From Candidatus Woesearchaeota archaeon (lineage in GTDB: Archaea; Nanobdellota; Nanobdellia; Woesearchaeales; DSVV01): a DNA stretch of 64,000 nt. The DNA lies in the NCBI GenBank assembly GCA_018303325.1, contig JAGVYH010000067.1, forward strand, positions 4,167-68,166, read 5' to 3'. Below are positions 42,628-52,551 of the stretch, piece after piece (the first letter of the stretch is position 1; each line of letters begins with the position of its first letter). The notes beneath the pieces are model-generated. The model ran no database searches and had not been told where the DNA came from. It saw only the letters and a program-made list of their open reading frames with translations. A program made the position numbers and the translations under genes.

Positions 42628-42880
42628 TCACAATCTTGTTTCTCGTTCTCAGCTGGTTTGTGGGACGAAGTCCACGATTACATGAAAAATTAAAAAAGGT
42701 GCTGGGTGCTAGGTGCTGGGTGCTAGTTACGATGAATTATCGCTGCTAGCACCTAGCACCTAGCACCCAGCACCTAGCACCTAGTTTTCATAGTGAACTA
42801 TTTGGACATGCCAGGAACTGAACAAAAAACTTAAATTAGTGAACAATGGCTGCGCCCCTGAACTAAAAAACAAAAGAAAA
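42628..42880 (+). repeat. Repeat family A, copy A4 (central hairpin is a 29-bp perfect GGTGCTGGGTGCTAGGTGCTGGGTGCTAG palindrome)
   Basis: CACAATCTTGTTTCTCGTTCTCAGCTGGTTTGTGGGACGAAGTCCACGATTACATGAA...GTGAACTATTTGGACATGCCAGGAACTGAAC...GGCTGCGCCCCTGAACTAAAAAACAAA. Confidence 0.75.
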
Positions 42881-42888
42881 CAAATACA

Positions 42889-43737
42889 CTAAAAAAATCT
42901 CGGTGTAACAAACACTTCTATTATCGCAGAAATAAATAATAAAACCAGAGAGATTATCAGCAAATCTGAAACATCAAAGATGATTTTTTCAAATTTATTT
43001 GATCCGAGGACATGCCTGATTACTGCGATAGAAATAATGCCTCCTGCTAAAGCAGCGATAACATATGCTAATATTTCAAAAAAACCATGTATCATAAATT
43101 TTAAGATGCCGATAGAAAATAAATGAAAATATTTAGCAGCCCAGACAAAACCAAATGAATTACTTATAGAAGCGAGGTTTGCACGAATAAATGTTCCGGC
43201 AGCAGTTGCAATAACTGCAGCGTTCCATGAAAGAATAAACATTGCGCCAACACCATACAAAAATGAGAATAACACACAAATAGATAACACACGAAGATTA
43301 TTAAAGAAAATTGTTTTAAGATGCACGGCTTGTATTGTATGTCCTTGGATAACTGTATTAATATTGATTATTGTTTCGAGTTGCGCACTAAATACTACTG
43401 TTACATATTCTTGCGGCAAAAACATAAACCACAAAGTATATGATATTAAGAAACCAACAAAAAGAAACATAAAGACTTCCAATGCTTTGCTATGCTCTTT
43501 AAGAAGGGTTTTTTCGCTTGTCCCTGTTTCATCTTTATATTCTTCCAATCTTACAGTATTATAAATTATAGGAAAACTCATCAGAACAGAAAGAAAAATC
43601 ATGACTAATGACGCATGTGACTTGAAAACAATTAAACTTAAAACAATTGCTAAAGACGTGAACACAATACCGAGAAAAAACATCTGCCATGGACGTTTTT
43701 CAGCGCTTATTGGATTAATTAAGAGATTTAACACCAT
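42889..43737 (-). CDS. Integral membrane protein (6-7 TM), hypothetical (SpoIIM/DUF95-like topology)
   Basis: Multiple hydrophobic helices. No catalytic motif recognised. Confidence 0.5.
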   Translation of the reverse strand: MVLNLLINPISAEKRPWQMFFLGIVFTSLAIVLSLIVFKSHASLVMIFLSVLMSFPIIYNTVRLEEYKDETGTSEKTLLKEHSKALEVFMFLFVGFLISYTLWFMFLPQEYVTVVFSAQLETIININTVIQGHTIQAVHLKTIFFNNLRVLSICVLFSFLYGVGAMFILSWNAAVIATAAGTFIRANLASISNSFGFVWAAKYFHLFSIGILKFMIHGFFEILAYVIAALAGGIISIAVIRHVLGSNKFEKIIFDVSDLLIISLVLLFISAIIEVFVTPRFF

Positions 43738-43780
43738 CTTGCTGATTTAATTTAGTTTATATTTTATAAATCTTTTGAAA

Positions 43781-43790
43781 AGATTTATAA
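43781..43790 (+). promoter_or_regulatory. TATA box (TTTATAAAT) for a leaderless aIF2-beta transcript
   Basis: Located ~27-30 nt upstream of the ATG at 43814. There is no SD, consistent with leaderless initiation. Confidence 0.4.
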
Positions 43791-43813
43791 ATCATTCTGC
43801 TAACCTTTTATAT

Positions 43814-44242
43814 ATGGGTAATATGAATAGTGAAGAAGAATATAATGCATTATTGAATGAAGCATATATAAAGCTGCCTGAAAAACAAGAAGCTACTTCG
43901 AGGTTTGAGATACCTAAAGTTATGGGCCACGTTCAGGGCAACAGAACAATTATAAGCAATTTTCATCAGATTGCAAGTACATTAAACAGACCTGTTGAGC
44001 ATCTGTTAAAATATCTGCTAAAAGAACTTGCTACACCAGCAGAACTGAAAAAGAACGGAATAATTTTCGGGACTAAGATTTCTGCATCGAGAGTTAATGA
44101 AAAGATAGAAAAATATACAGAAGAATATGTTCTGTGCAAAGACTGCAATAAACCAGACACAAAATTAATCAAAGAAGGCAATTATCTATTCAAAAGATGT
44201 ATGGCATGCGGCGCAAAACAGTGTGTAAACGCAAAAATTTAA
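43814..44242 (+). CDS. Translation initiation factor 2 beta subunit (aIF2-beta)
   Basis: EYNALLNEAYIKLPE, FEIPKVMGHVQGNRTII.NF..IA..L.R...HLLKYLLKELAT, C2-C2 zinc ribbon CKDCNKPDT...CMACGA. Confidence 0.85.
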   Translation: MGNMNSEEEYNALLNEAYIKLPEKQEATSRFEIPKVMGHVQGNRTIISNFHQIASTLNRPVEHLLKYLLKELATPAELKKNGIIFGTKISASRVNEKIEKYTEEYVLCKDCNKPDTKLIKEGNYLFKRCMACGAKQCVNAKI

Positions 44243-44286
44243 ATAATAAACAAAGAATTTAATAATTCTAAATAAACATAATTAAT

Positions 44287-44559
44287 ATGATCACCGCACA
44301 AATAATAATAAATGGTTTGGTTCAGGGTGTTTCTTTTCGCTATTATACAAAAAAAACTGCTTTATCTCTTGGCTTAACTGGTTTTGTAAAAAATTTAAAA
44401 GATGGTTCTGTTGAGATTGTTGTTCGAGGTAATAAAGATAATATCAACAAATTAATTAATTGGTGTAAAAAAGGCTCTGAACAGGCAAAAGTTGAAAATG
44501 TAAAAATTAAAGAGATTAATTTAATAGAAAAGTTTAATCTTTTTGAAATAAGATATTAA
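44287..44559 (+). CDS. acyP: Acylphosphatase
   Basis: INGLVQGVSFRYYTKKTALSLGLTGFVKNLKDGSVEIV. Confidence 0.8.
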   Translation: MITAQIIINGLVQGVSFRYYTKKTALSLGLTGFVKNLKDGSVEIVVRGNKDNINKLINWCKKGSEQAKVENVKIKEINLIEKFNLFEIRY

Positions 44560-44571
44560 AAAGTATTGATA

Positions 44572-44632
44572 ATTTGATATATACAAAAGTCCTTAATTTT
44601 TGTTCGAAAGCTAAGGACTTTTAGTATAATTT
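44572..44632 (+). repeat. Repeat family D, copy D1 (hairpin AAAGTCCTTA...TAAGGACTTT with ATATACAAAA / TTTTAGTATAATTTAA arms) between convergent genes
   Basis: gatatatacaaaagtccttaatttttgttcgaaagctaaggacttttagtataatttaagc, near-identical to 52255..52312. Confidence 0.65.
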
Positions 44633-44641
44633 AAGCTGAAT

Positions 44642-47600
44642 TCAAAACCATTTTCCCAATCCTTCCTGCTTTTCTTTTTCTTTGCCAAAGACACTGTCAA
44701 TCCTGTTTTTTAAAAGGTCTAATGTTTGTCTTGTATACATAGAAACATTAAAGTCTTTGGACAGTTTTATACTGAGATCTAAATATTTCAATACAGATCC
44801 TTCAGATATTGTAAATATTAATTTTCCGCCGCATTTTGTGCAAATACCCCTTAATGGTGGCCGTCTAAACTTTTCATTGCATTTGACACATCTAAATTGC
44901 TGCTGTGAAAATTTTCTAAGGTTTCCTTTCGTATCTTTAATGAAATGTTTGGTAATAACAAGTTCAGCAACATTTGCTTCATCAACAGCTCTTACCATTC
45001 TTGCAATCTCCATTTGTCCGTTTAATTTTTCTTCCATTGAAGGCAGAGATTTATACGCAGAAAATAAAACACCATCATTTATACTTGAAACCGGATGTGT
45101 ATAACCAACTTGTTCATACTGTGTTTCTTGGCCTAATCTGTGTTTTATCTGTTCTATTTTAACATCCCATGGATTCTTGTATTGTTCTGCTGCTTCGTAT
45201 AATTCCAGAGGATACTGCCAAGTTACATCCAATCCGTGCACTTGGTCATCTACTTCAGCAGGATTAAGAAGTGATGTTAAAACCAAAGGTGCGTCCATTG
45301 TTTTCGCTCCTCTTGAATCTGGCAAAAACTGTGTTGAAAAATTTAATAATCCGTCCAACAGCAAAGACACGCTTGCCTCGTCGCCATCACAATCACGCCT
45401 AAGCGAAGCATGAAACAAAGGATGTGCAAACATACCTTGTGTTTTTGAAAAACCAACAATCCGAGCCACCATTCCTGCTGAAATATGAGGTGCTAGTGCA
45501 ATAACCAAATGCCCCACTAAATCAGATTCTGTCTTAAAGTTATAATAAGGTTTTGTAGAGTAATATTTAATAAGCAGTTCATCTATAAAATTACCTGTCC
45601 TGAACAATATTTTGGTGGCAGGCTCTTCCATTGCTTCTGCACCGCCAGGCAAAATAAGGTCTTGTGGTTTTAATTCTAGAACTTGGTCTGGGTCAACCAG
45701 CTCTTTACCATAAATATCTTTGTCATATCCTAATTCTTTTAATCTATTAATATCCGATCCAACTTCTGCTGGCTTGAAGTGTGTAATGGGCAGTTCAGAC
45801 ATATCATATCTGATAGTGCCGTCTTTGTTCACATATAAATTATGTTTTGCTCTCAACATACCTTTAACAAGATGCTCAGGGATATGATTTTTATTGCTGG
45901 TGCCTTTGACACCTTTTATCAAATCAGGATATGTTTTTTCACCAAAAATAGAAAGTGCGCTGTCAAAATAATGTTTGATATCAATCGTTTGTCTTTGGTG
46001 TTTAAACATGTCCTCATTTTTACAGGAAGGGCATTTTTGTTTGTCTGTTTTGCCGCACGCCTTGCAGAAGTATAATTGTTTTGTTTGATTTTTGCATGTT
46101 TCGCATACTTTGTATATTGTTTCTTTCTCGCATTTGGGGCACATGAATATTGGAAAATCTGCTGTTACTTTTTCAGATTCTAAAGCAGACTGAAAACTTC
46201 TTGTTTTCCCGCCTTCTTCTCCCACAGGAAATAAAACTTGAGGTGAACCTGTCATTTTTCTCATCTTTGCCTTTTCAGGCCTGCCCATTCTTGCACCTAT
46301 GAAAGTACCGGATTTATCCTTAAGAATAATCCCTGACAATAAAGTTAGATTTTCTATAATACTCTTGTTCTTGTCAATTTCAAATGTATGTGATGTAATA
46401 ATATGTGATGTGATTGTTGGTTGGATAGTTTCGACGCGAGTATTAATATTGATATTATCTGGCAATAAAGAGTTAAGAATCAATCCATATTGTTTATTGA
46501 AAACTATAAATTCTTTATTTACAAATTGATGAGGACAGCCAATAAATTCAAAAATTTTTTTGATTGCATCGTCATGTTTTACAACTATTTTTATTATTTC
46601 ATCGTTTTCCTTTTGCTCCTTGGTAAAATGCGGATTTTTCCAATAATCCAACAAAAATTTAAGTTCATCATGTGTTATATGATTCCAATGAAAAGTATAA
46701 AATGGGTGAAGCGGAACATTTAATTTCTTTGAAATCAGAAGAGTTGTTGCAGCTGATACTCTTGTAAATAAGGGGTTTTTCATTATTGCTTCTATTTCTT
46801 CAGATTCTAAACCTAATAAGCTGGAAAGTTTATCAATATCAATTGTACCGAATAATTCAACACATTTTTTTTCGACATCCCTTACCCACCATTCTTCATT
46901 ATACCCGCATGGCACTAGCACGTGGCCGTTCTCTGAAAAATCACCATAATTAATAAGTATATCCCCTAAAAATAAGATTGTCTCGACGTCCAGCATTGCT
47001 TTTTTTGCTTGTTCAACATTATCAACCCTTTGCACTGAACCGTCTTTTAATTTGACAACAGGTCCTTCAATAGAATCAGTAACAGTCATTGCTGCTGCTT
47101 TTCCTGGTCTTTCAATTTTTAATTGTGTGCCGACAGCAATATACTTTTTTAGAAGAATCATTGTTGCAGGGTTTATTGATGCCGCTGAAAAACCAGATGT
47201 CCTTGTTCTTCCATATCTTAACCTAAAACCACCCTTTGCCATTGGATGAGTAAGCACAGGTCTGCCAGCAACAAGGTCAGCAATAAAAGTAAAGTTTGGG
47301 GATAATTTTTCTTTTTTCTCCTGCGAAACTGCCTTCTTCGCTTTTATTTGTTTCTGTAGTTTGATAAACTCCCCAAGAAATTCCCATTCAAACCCAAACT
47401 CTTTTCCCCATTGTTCAAGACGTTTCCATAATTTTGGCGCTTTTTGCGAAAGCCCTTCCGCCAAAACAAGGCACATCCCGCCTCTTATCATGTTTGTTTC
47501 TATTCTGGGAAGATCCTTATAATTGGAAACTTCTATTTTTTCCGTCGGGTCGCCTTCTACTTCAATTGGAAGATTTTTTGTAAGAAAATCTATCTCATCT

Positions 47601-48235
47601 GCTGAAGGCAGATATTGTAAATTAGTCACACGCTCATTATAATCAAATATTTCTGTTCTGAACCTTGACATTTCAGCTGGTGATGGATCATATTTTGCAT
47701 ACCCGAATTTTATGCGTAGAAAATCAACAAGCAATAAAGAGAATGCTGCTGCTGTTCCGCCTGCGCCCCTGATTGGCCCGGCATAAAATGGCGCCAGATA
47801 TTCTTTGCCGTCATTGGTTCTTTTGATTTTTAATTCTATGAATCCTTCGAGTGGTGCTGCAACAATACCGCCCGTCTGGTATGCAAATCCTGTCCTTATC
47901 CCCACTTCTATTGCTTCTTTCTGATCTTTAAATTTACAGAATTTCTGTTTTGCAACTTCATGAGCTATTAAAAGAGCGACTCTCCAGTCAAGCGGCGCAT
48001 ATTTTTTTTCCATTTCAATTATCTTGTCTGTGACGCCTGAACCGATTAACTGCGGAGCCACAACACCAATAAGCGCTTCTACACGTTCTGCCATGTTTCT
48101 TGCCAGTCTTATATCTACTTTTTGTTCCGGGTCAAGATTAAGCTTTCTTGCAGTATTAGCTATTGAATAACATAGTTCTAATTCCTCGGAAATATTATCA
48201 AAATATTTTTGCATTTGAATGCTTGCTGCAACCAT
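44642..48235 (-). CDS. DNA polymerase II (PolD) large catalytic subunit DP2
   Basis: 1197 aa, multiple CxxC zinc clusters (CPKCEKETIYKVCETC, CKACGKTDKQKCPSC, CVKCNEKFRRPPLRGICTKCGG). Lies immediately next to DP1. Assigned by length, architecture and synteny. Confidence 0.85.
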   Translation of the reverse strand: MVAASIQMQKYFDNISEELELCYSIANTARKLNLDPEQKVDIRLARNMAERVEALIGVVAPQLIGSGVTDKIIEMEKKYAPLDWRVALLIAHEVAKQKFCKFKDQKEAIEVGIRTGFAYQTGGIVAAPLEGFIELKIKRTNDGKEYLAPFYAGPIRGAGGTAAAFSLLLVDFLRIKFGYAKYDPSPAEMSRFRTEIFDYNERVTNLQYLPSADEIDFLTKNLPIEVEGDPTEKIEVSNYKDLPRIETNMIRGGMCLVLAEGLSQKAPKLWKRLEQWGKEFGFEWEFLGEFIKLQKQIKAKKAVSQEKKEKLSPNFTFIADLVAGRPVLTHPMAKGGFRLRYGRTRTSGFSAASINPATMILLKKYIAVGTQLKIERPGKAAAMTVTDSIEGPVVKLKDGSVQRVDNVEQAKKAMLDVETILFLGDILINYGDFSENGHVLVPCGYNEEWWVRDVEKKCVELFGTIDIDKLSSLLGLESEEIEAIMKNPLFTRVSAATTLLISKKLNVPLHPFYTFHWNHITHDELKFLLDYWKNPHFTKEQKENDEIIKIVVKHDDAIKKIFEFIGCPHQFVNKEFIVFNKQYGLILNSLLPDNININTRVETIQPTITSHIITSHTFEIDKNKSIIENLTLLSGIILKDKSGTFIGARMGRPEKAKMRKMTGSPQVLFPVGEEGGKTRSFQSALESEKVTADFPIFMCPKCEKETIYKVCETCKNQTKQLYFCKACGKTDKQKCPSCKNEDMFKHQRQTIDIKHYFDSALSIFGEKTYPDLIKGVKGTSNKNHIPEHLVKGMLRAKHNLYVNKDGTIRYDMSELPITHFKPAEVGSDINRLKELGYDKDIYGKELVDPDQVLELKPQDLILPGGAEAMEEPATKILFRTGNFIDELLIKYYSTKPYYNFKTESDLVGHLVIALAPHISAGMVARIVGFSKTQGMFAHPLFHASLRRDCDGDEASVSLLLDGLLNFSTQFLPDSRGAKTMDAPLVLTSLLNPAEVDDQVHGLDVTWQYPLELYEAAEQYKNPWDVKIEQIKHRLGQETQYEQVGYTHPVSSINDGVLFSAYKSLPSMEEKLNGQMEIARMVRAVDEANVAELVITKHFIKDTKGNLRKFSQQQFRCVKCNEKFRRPPLRGICTKCGGKLIFTISEGSVLKYLDLSIKLSKDFNVSMYTRQTLDLLKNRIDSVFGKEKEKQEGLGKWF

Positions 48236-48342
48236 TTTAACCCCGATGACTTAAAAAATTTAAACTATGTTTTTTATTTGTAGTTATTTAATTCTGTGTT
48301 ATTATTGAATTATTATTTAATCTCTATTTCATTAAAATTTAT

Positions 48343-50079
48343 TTAAAACCTTAAAACTTTTACTTCTCTAGTCTGCAAATTTACAATTGGCACCCTTGCC
48401 GGTTCTGGTTTATGCCCAACCTTTTCTTGAAATGTTGTTGTGCTCTGCCAGCATGAGCCAGATATTAAAGTAATATGATGATAATTGGCAATACTGGTTT
48501 TATGAATATGTCCTGTAACAAAAAAATCTGGTATGTGAGAGATTACCAAAGGGTCTGAAGCCGAATCTGGGATGTATAATGAAGAAGTGTGTGTCGGCGC
48601 AAGGTGGCGTCTCTGCAATAAAAATTTCATAACCAAATCTGCTCTGTCATAACCGCCGTTGTTTCTTATATAATCTACATTGGAAATGTAATAATCAAAA
48701 CTATAGCCGTGATACATTAATATATCAAATCCTGGAAAAGTGTCGTCGGCGCCAATGTTAACCATCGCAGGATTGCTGACAAAAACAATATTTGGAAGTT
48801 CTAGTAATTGTTTAACAAATTCTCCGCTTAAAATTGGCTGAGGCTCTGATAATCTTGATGCATCGTGGTTTCCTGCGCAGAGAATAATTGTAATTTCTTT
48901 TGGTATTTTTGATATCATTTCAGTAAATACAGAGTACTGCTGATAAATATCTTTTATAATTAATTCTTTGTCCTGTTCAGGATAAATTCCAACGCCGTCA
49001 ACAAGATCTCCGATTATGAAAACATATTTTATATTTTTAGTAAGGGTTTTTTGCTCATCTGAACCCATATTTCCGTTTATCCATTCTATAAATTTTAGAA
49101 ATTTTTCCTCTAAAAAAAATCGTGAACCTACATGAATGTCAGATAAGAACACCGCATACTCTTGGTTTGGTGATTTTTTTAATTCTCTCGGATATATATC
49201 CGGCAATAATATTTTATTCGCAAAAATTACATCTTTGTCATTAAACCCCGCCAAACCGATAACTTCATCTTCAATAATGTTTTTGGCAATTTCAAAAACA
49301 TCAGGCTTTGTTTTGTTGATTACGACGCTGATCTGGCCGGTTGTGTCTTCAATTTTTAAAAGAATATTTTTTGCTTTTGTTATGTTCTTTTCCATTACTA
49401 TGCCTATAATAGATACATTTTCTTTTTCTTTTTTATTGAGAATTTTATTAATGGAAAGCAGATTAACTAGTTCCTGCCTGTTAAGAAGTATTTTTTTTAT
49501 TGCTTCATATCTTTTATTAAAATGCGCAACAAAATCTTCCACATACCTTTTTTTTGACTCGCCGCAATAGGAAAACAAAACTTTAACTTTTCGCAGCGGA
49601 TCCTGTGTTGGGTCTTGTATTTGTGGTATGTTCTGTTTGCTGGTTTGCGAATCCTGATCCTGCAAGGCGGTTAATTTTACTTCGTATTTTTCTATTAAAG
49701 CAGCGGCTATTTCTGCACTACTCTCTGCTTCTTGTTCTGATTCTTGATTTAAGGTTTCTATGCCTTGTTTGTCTTCAAGTGGTGGTTCAAGAATTAGTGC
49801 TGTGGATTGTTGCGATACTATTTGTGGTTGGTTATTTATTTCAATAGCAGATATTTGTATGTTTGGTTGTATGTTAATTGGTTTCTGTTTTAACTTTGAA
49901 ATTTTGGAAAGAGTTAGTGCGTCGAGAAAAAACTGCTCTTCACCCAATTTTACATCAGTCATTGCACTTTCAAAATCAGAATAATTATCATAATTTATCT
50001 GTTCAATAACATCTTCGCTCAGTAAAATACCCCTTTCCATGAAAGCTCTCACTATTTTAGTTTTTGCTTCAGAAGACAT
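48343..50079 (-). CDS. DNA polymerase II (PolD) small subunit DP1 (calcineurin-like phosphoesterase). Start at an internal Met to avoid overlapping cdc6.
   Basis: Metallophosphatase motifs VFLSDIHVG, GDLVDGVG, LCAGNHDASR. OB-fold N-terminal part. The upstream ORF extension would overlap cdc6 by 89 nt. Confidence 0.85.
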   Translation of the reverse strand: MSSEAKTKIVRAFMERGILLSEDVIEQINYDNYSDFESAMTDVKLGEEQFFLDALTLSKISKLKQKPINIQPNIQISAIEINNQPQIVSQQSTALILEPPLEDKQGIETLNQESEQEAESSAEIAAALIEKYEVKLTALQDQDSQTSKQNIPQIQDPTQDPLRKVKVLFSYCGESKKRYVEDFVAHFNKRYEAIKKILLNRQELVNLLSINKILNKKEKENVSIIGIVMEKNITKAKNILLKIEDTTGQISVVINKTKPDVFEIAKNIIEDEVIGLAGFNDKDVIFANKILLPDIYPRELKKSPNQEYAVFLSDIHVGSRFFLEEKFLKFIEWINGNMGSDEQKTLTKNIKYVFIIGDLVDGVGIYPEQDKELIIKDIYQQYSVFTEMISKIPKEITIILCAGNHDASRLSEPQPILSGEFVKQLLELPNIVFVSNPAMVNIGADDTFPGFDILMYHGYSFDYYISNVDYIRNNGGYDRADLVMKFLLQRRHLAPTHTSSLYIPDSASDPLVISHIPDFFVTGHIHKTSIANYHHITLISGSCWQSTTTFQEKVGHKPEPARVPIVNLQTREVKVLRF

Positions 50080-50080
50080 T

Positions 50081-51280
50081 TTACAACCCCATGCTTTGTT
50101 CAAGAGCAGAAACGATTTTAGGAATAAGTGTCTCTGGGATTGGAAGACTAATCTCTCTTGTTCTTCCAAATCTGCCTTTAGATATAACTTTCGCGGTTAT
50201 AATCCCCAACATATCCAACTCACCAATAATATCAGAAACTCTTCTTTGTGTTAATGGCCGTAAACCAACCTTTTCACAGATTTGTTTGTAAACATCATAA
50301 ATTTCGCCGGTAAATATTGCTTCACGTTTTTTAAAATATAAGATAGCATATAATGTTGCCTGCTGTTGTTTTGGTTGTGTTTTTACAATATCAATAATTC
50401 TGTCCTTTTCTATTTTTTCCTCTGCCTCGTCGATATGCTCTATATTAATTGTTTTATTGTTTGCTCTTTCAGCAATCTCTCCTGCAACTCTTAGAAGTTC
50501 TAATGCTCTTCTGGCATCGCCGTGTTCTCGGGCCGCATATGCTGCGCATTTTCCGATTACACCGTCAGACAAAACACCTTGTTTGAAGGCAAAAGAAGCG
50601 CGCTTCTTTAATATGTCTTGTAATTGTAATGCGTTATATGGGGGGAATACAATTTCTTCTTCGCTTAAAGAAGACTTTACTCTTGGATCCATTGTATCAG
50701 TAAACATAAGATCATTTGATATTCCAACTAATGTTACCTGGCTGTTTTTCAATTCTGCATTCATTCTGGTGAGATTATATATTATCTCGTCGCCAGCCTT
50801 TTTTACGAGCTGATCAATTTCATCCAAAACCAGAATAAACTGCATTTTTTGTGTTGTTATTGCATGATTAAAGATTTTGTAGACTTCTTCAGTTGGGAGG
50901 CCAGTGGGTGGTATTTCTTTACCCAATTCTCTGGCTAATTGCGCAACCAGCCTGTATTCAGTATCTGCAACTTTGCTCAGTTTACAGTTTATATATATTA
51001 TTTTTACGGGTAAATTGTTTGTTTTTGCCAGCTCCATCATTTGATTAGAAACATATTTAGCAGTTAAAGTCTTACCTGTGCCTGTTTTACCATAAATAAA
51101 GACGTTTGACGGCTTTTCTACTCTTAAACAAGGCGCCAAGATGTTAGCTAGTTGTTTTACCTCGTTCTCTCTATGGATAATTTCTTCTGGTGTGTATTGT
51201 GACTGTAAAACAGCGCGTTCGCTAAATAAACTGTCTTTTTTAAGAAAAGTCTCGAAAAAACCCTTTAAACTCTTTTCCAT
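50081..51280 (-). CDS. cdc6: Orc1/Cdc6 replication initiator
   Basis: Walker A IYGKTGTGKTLTAKYV, Walker B ILVLDEID, sensor, C-terminal winged helix. Confidence 0.9.
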   Translation of the reverse strand: MEKSLKGFFETFLKKDSLFSERAVLQSQYTPEEIIHRENEVKQLANILAPCLRVEKPSNVFIYGKTGTGKTLTAKYVSNQMMELAKTNNLPVKIIYINCKLSKVADTEYRLVAQLARELGKEIPPTGLPTEEVYKIFNHAITTQKMQFILVLDEIDQLVKKAGDEIIYNLTRMNAELKNSQVTLVGISNDLMFTDTMDPRVKSSLSEEEIVFPPYNALQLQDILKKRASFAFKQGVLSDGVIGKCAAYAAREHGDARRALELLRVAGEIAERANNKTINIEHIDEAEEKIEKDRIIDIVKTQPKQQQATLYAILYFKKREAIFTGEIYDVYKQICEKVGLRPLTQRRVSDIIGELDMLGIITAKVISKGRFGRTREISLPIPETLIPKIVSALEQSMGL

Positions 51281-51473
51281 CTTTAAATTTCCATAAGAAA
51301 CAGAGGTATATAAATATTATTGTAAACTAGTTAGGGACACACCCCTTGATTTCCTATGGAACTTGTGTAAATTTGGTTTAGTTTGTGAATTGTTTTGTAA
51401 TTTTGATGTGTTTAATCAAGAACCAACAGTCACCGCTGCGGCTTAGAAAAGTGGAAAGAGGAATTCTAAAATG

Positions 51474-51537
51474 AGCTTAAAGCATGATAAGCTTAAAGTA
51501 TGATGAGTTTAAAGTATGATAAGCTTAAAGCAGAGCA
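51474..51537. repeat. Four tandem 16-bp repeats, (G/A)AG(C/T)TTAAAG(C/T)ATGAT
   Basis: gagcttaaagcatgat aagcttaaagtatgat gagtttaaagtatgat aagcttaaagcagagc. Confidence 0.8.
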
Positions 51538-51603
51538 TCTTTATTTCTTCTTTCGAACTTCAAATTTTCCTTTTGACGCCAAATATATCTTTGTATTCTT
51601 ATA

Positions 51604-51735
51604 CTTCTTTCCTTCTTTCCTTCTTTCCTTCTTTCCTTCTTTCCTTCTTTCCTTCTTTCCTTCTTTCCTTCTTTCCTTCTTTCCTTCTTTCCTTCTTTCC
51701 TTTTTCCTTTCCTTTCCTTTCCTTTCCTTTCTTCA
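51604..51735. repeat. Polypyrimidine/polypurine microsatellite (CTTTCCTT)n followed by (CCTTT)n, a mirror repeat with H-DNA potential
   Basis: About 12 units of ctttcctt then cctttcctttcctttcc. The ORFs called here (FPSFLLSF... and KKERRKEG...) are translations of the repeat. Confidence 0.9.
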
Positions 51736-52214
51736 TATATTTTTCGTTAATTACAATCTGTGTATTAAACCTCGTGGTTTGCTGTGATTGGGTTGGCGAA
51801 TTTAAGGCTTTTTTTGATTTTATTCTCATTTTAACTTTGTTATTATTTTAAATATTATTTCATACAAAAATATTATGTTTTTGTATTATTTTGATATTAT
51901 ATATAATTTTTATTATTATCTTATTATATTATTATTATAACTCTTTATTTTCTATATTGAAATAAAATACTTATTATAAATATAAAATGTAAAATTATAA
52001 CAAAAAAGTAAAAGAGCAAACAAAAAAATTATTATAATATTATATTATTATTAATATCAAACATAATAAATATAATTAATAATAATCATCAATCATTAAT
52101 TGTAAATAATAAAAAGAAAATTATAAAAATAAATAATCAATTAAAATAAGTTATAATTGTTTATAATTTTGGTTGATGTTAAAGATTTCGATAAAAATAG
52201 TATAAACATATCTT

Positions 52215-52312
52215 AAATGGAATTAGTTTTCGAATAAATTAATTCCATTTAGTATATACAAAAGTCCTTGTTTTTATTCAAAAGCTAAGGACTTTTAGTA
52301 TATAATTTATAA
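52215..52312 (+). repeat. Repeat family D, copy D2 (two hairpins) at the edge of the putative origin
   Basis: AAATGGAATTAGTTTTCGAATAAATTAATTCCATTT, then agtatatacaaaagtccttgtttttattcaaaagctaaggacttttagtatataatttat. Confidence 0.65.
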
Positions 52313-52551
52313 GTAAAACCAGATACTATCAATACAAAAACATTAACAACACATTTTCCACACGCAATCAACGGGTCAGGGGCGCAACTTTAATGTTAAT
52401 CTATTACTTATTAATCATAAAAACCACATCTATTCGAAACATTTTTAAACTATAATATATCTAAAATAATAAAATACACTTAAAATGCATTTAATGTATA
52501 GTTAATATACTTAATTATTAAAATAGATTTTGAAAAAGAAGGTGATTAAAT

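Larger units (their letters stand above)
51281..52250. other. Candidate chromosomal replication origin (oriC) upstream of cdc6
   Basis: No gene for ~1.27 kb. ORB-like element: minus strand of 51344..51372 reads GTTCCATAGGAAATCAAGGGGTGTGTCCC. Four 16-bp tandem repeats at 51474..51537. (CTTTCCTT)n polypyrimidine tract at 51604..51735. More than 90% A+T block at 51836..52200. Confidence 0.55.

Noticed and set aside
51474-51537. Possible CRISPR array
   Set aside because: The 16-bp units are directly tandem with no spacers. No longer repeat-spacer periodicity and no cas genes anywhere in the window.
51500-51851. Three overlapping ORFs (95, 111, 76 aa) with FPSFLLSF or KKERRKEG repeats
   Set aside because: They are pure translations of the (CTTTCCTT)n microsatellite in different frames and strands.
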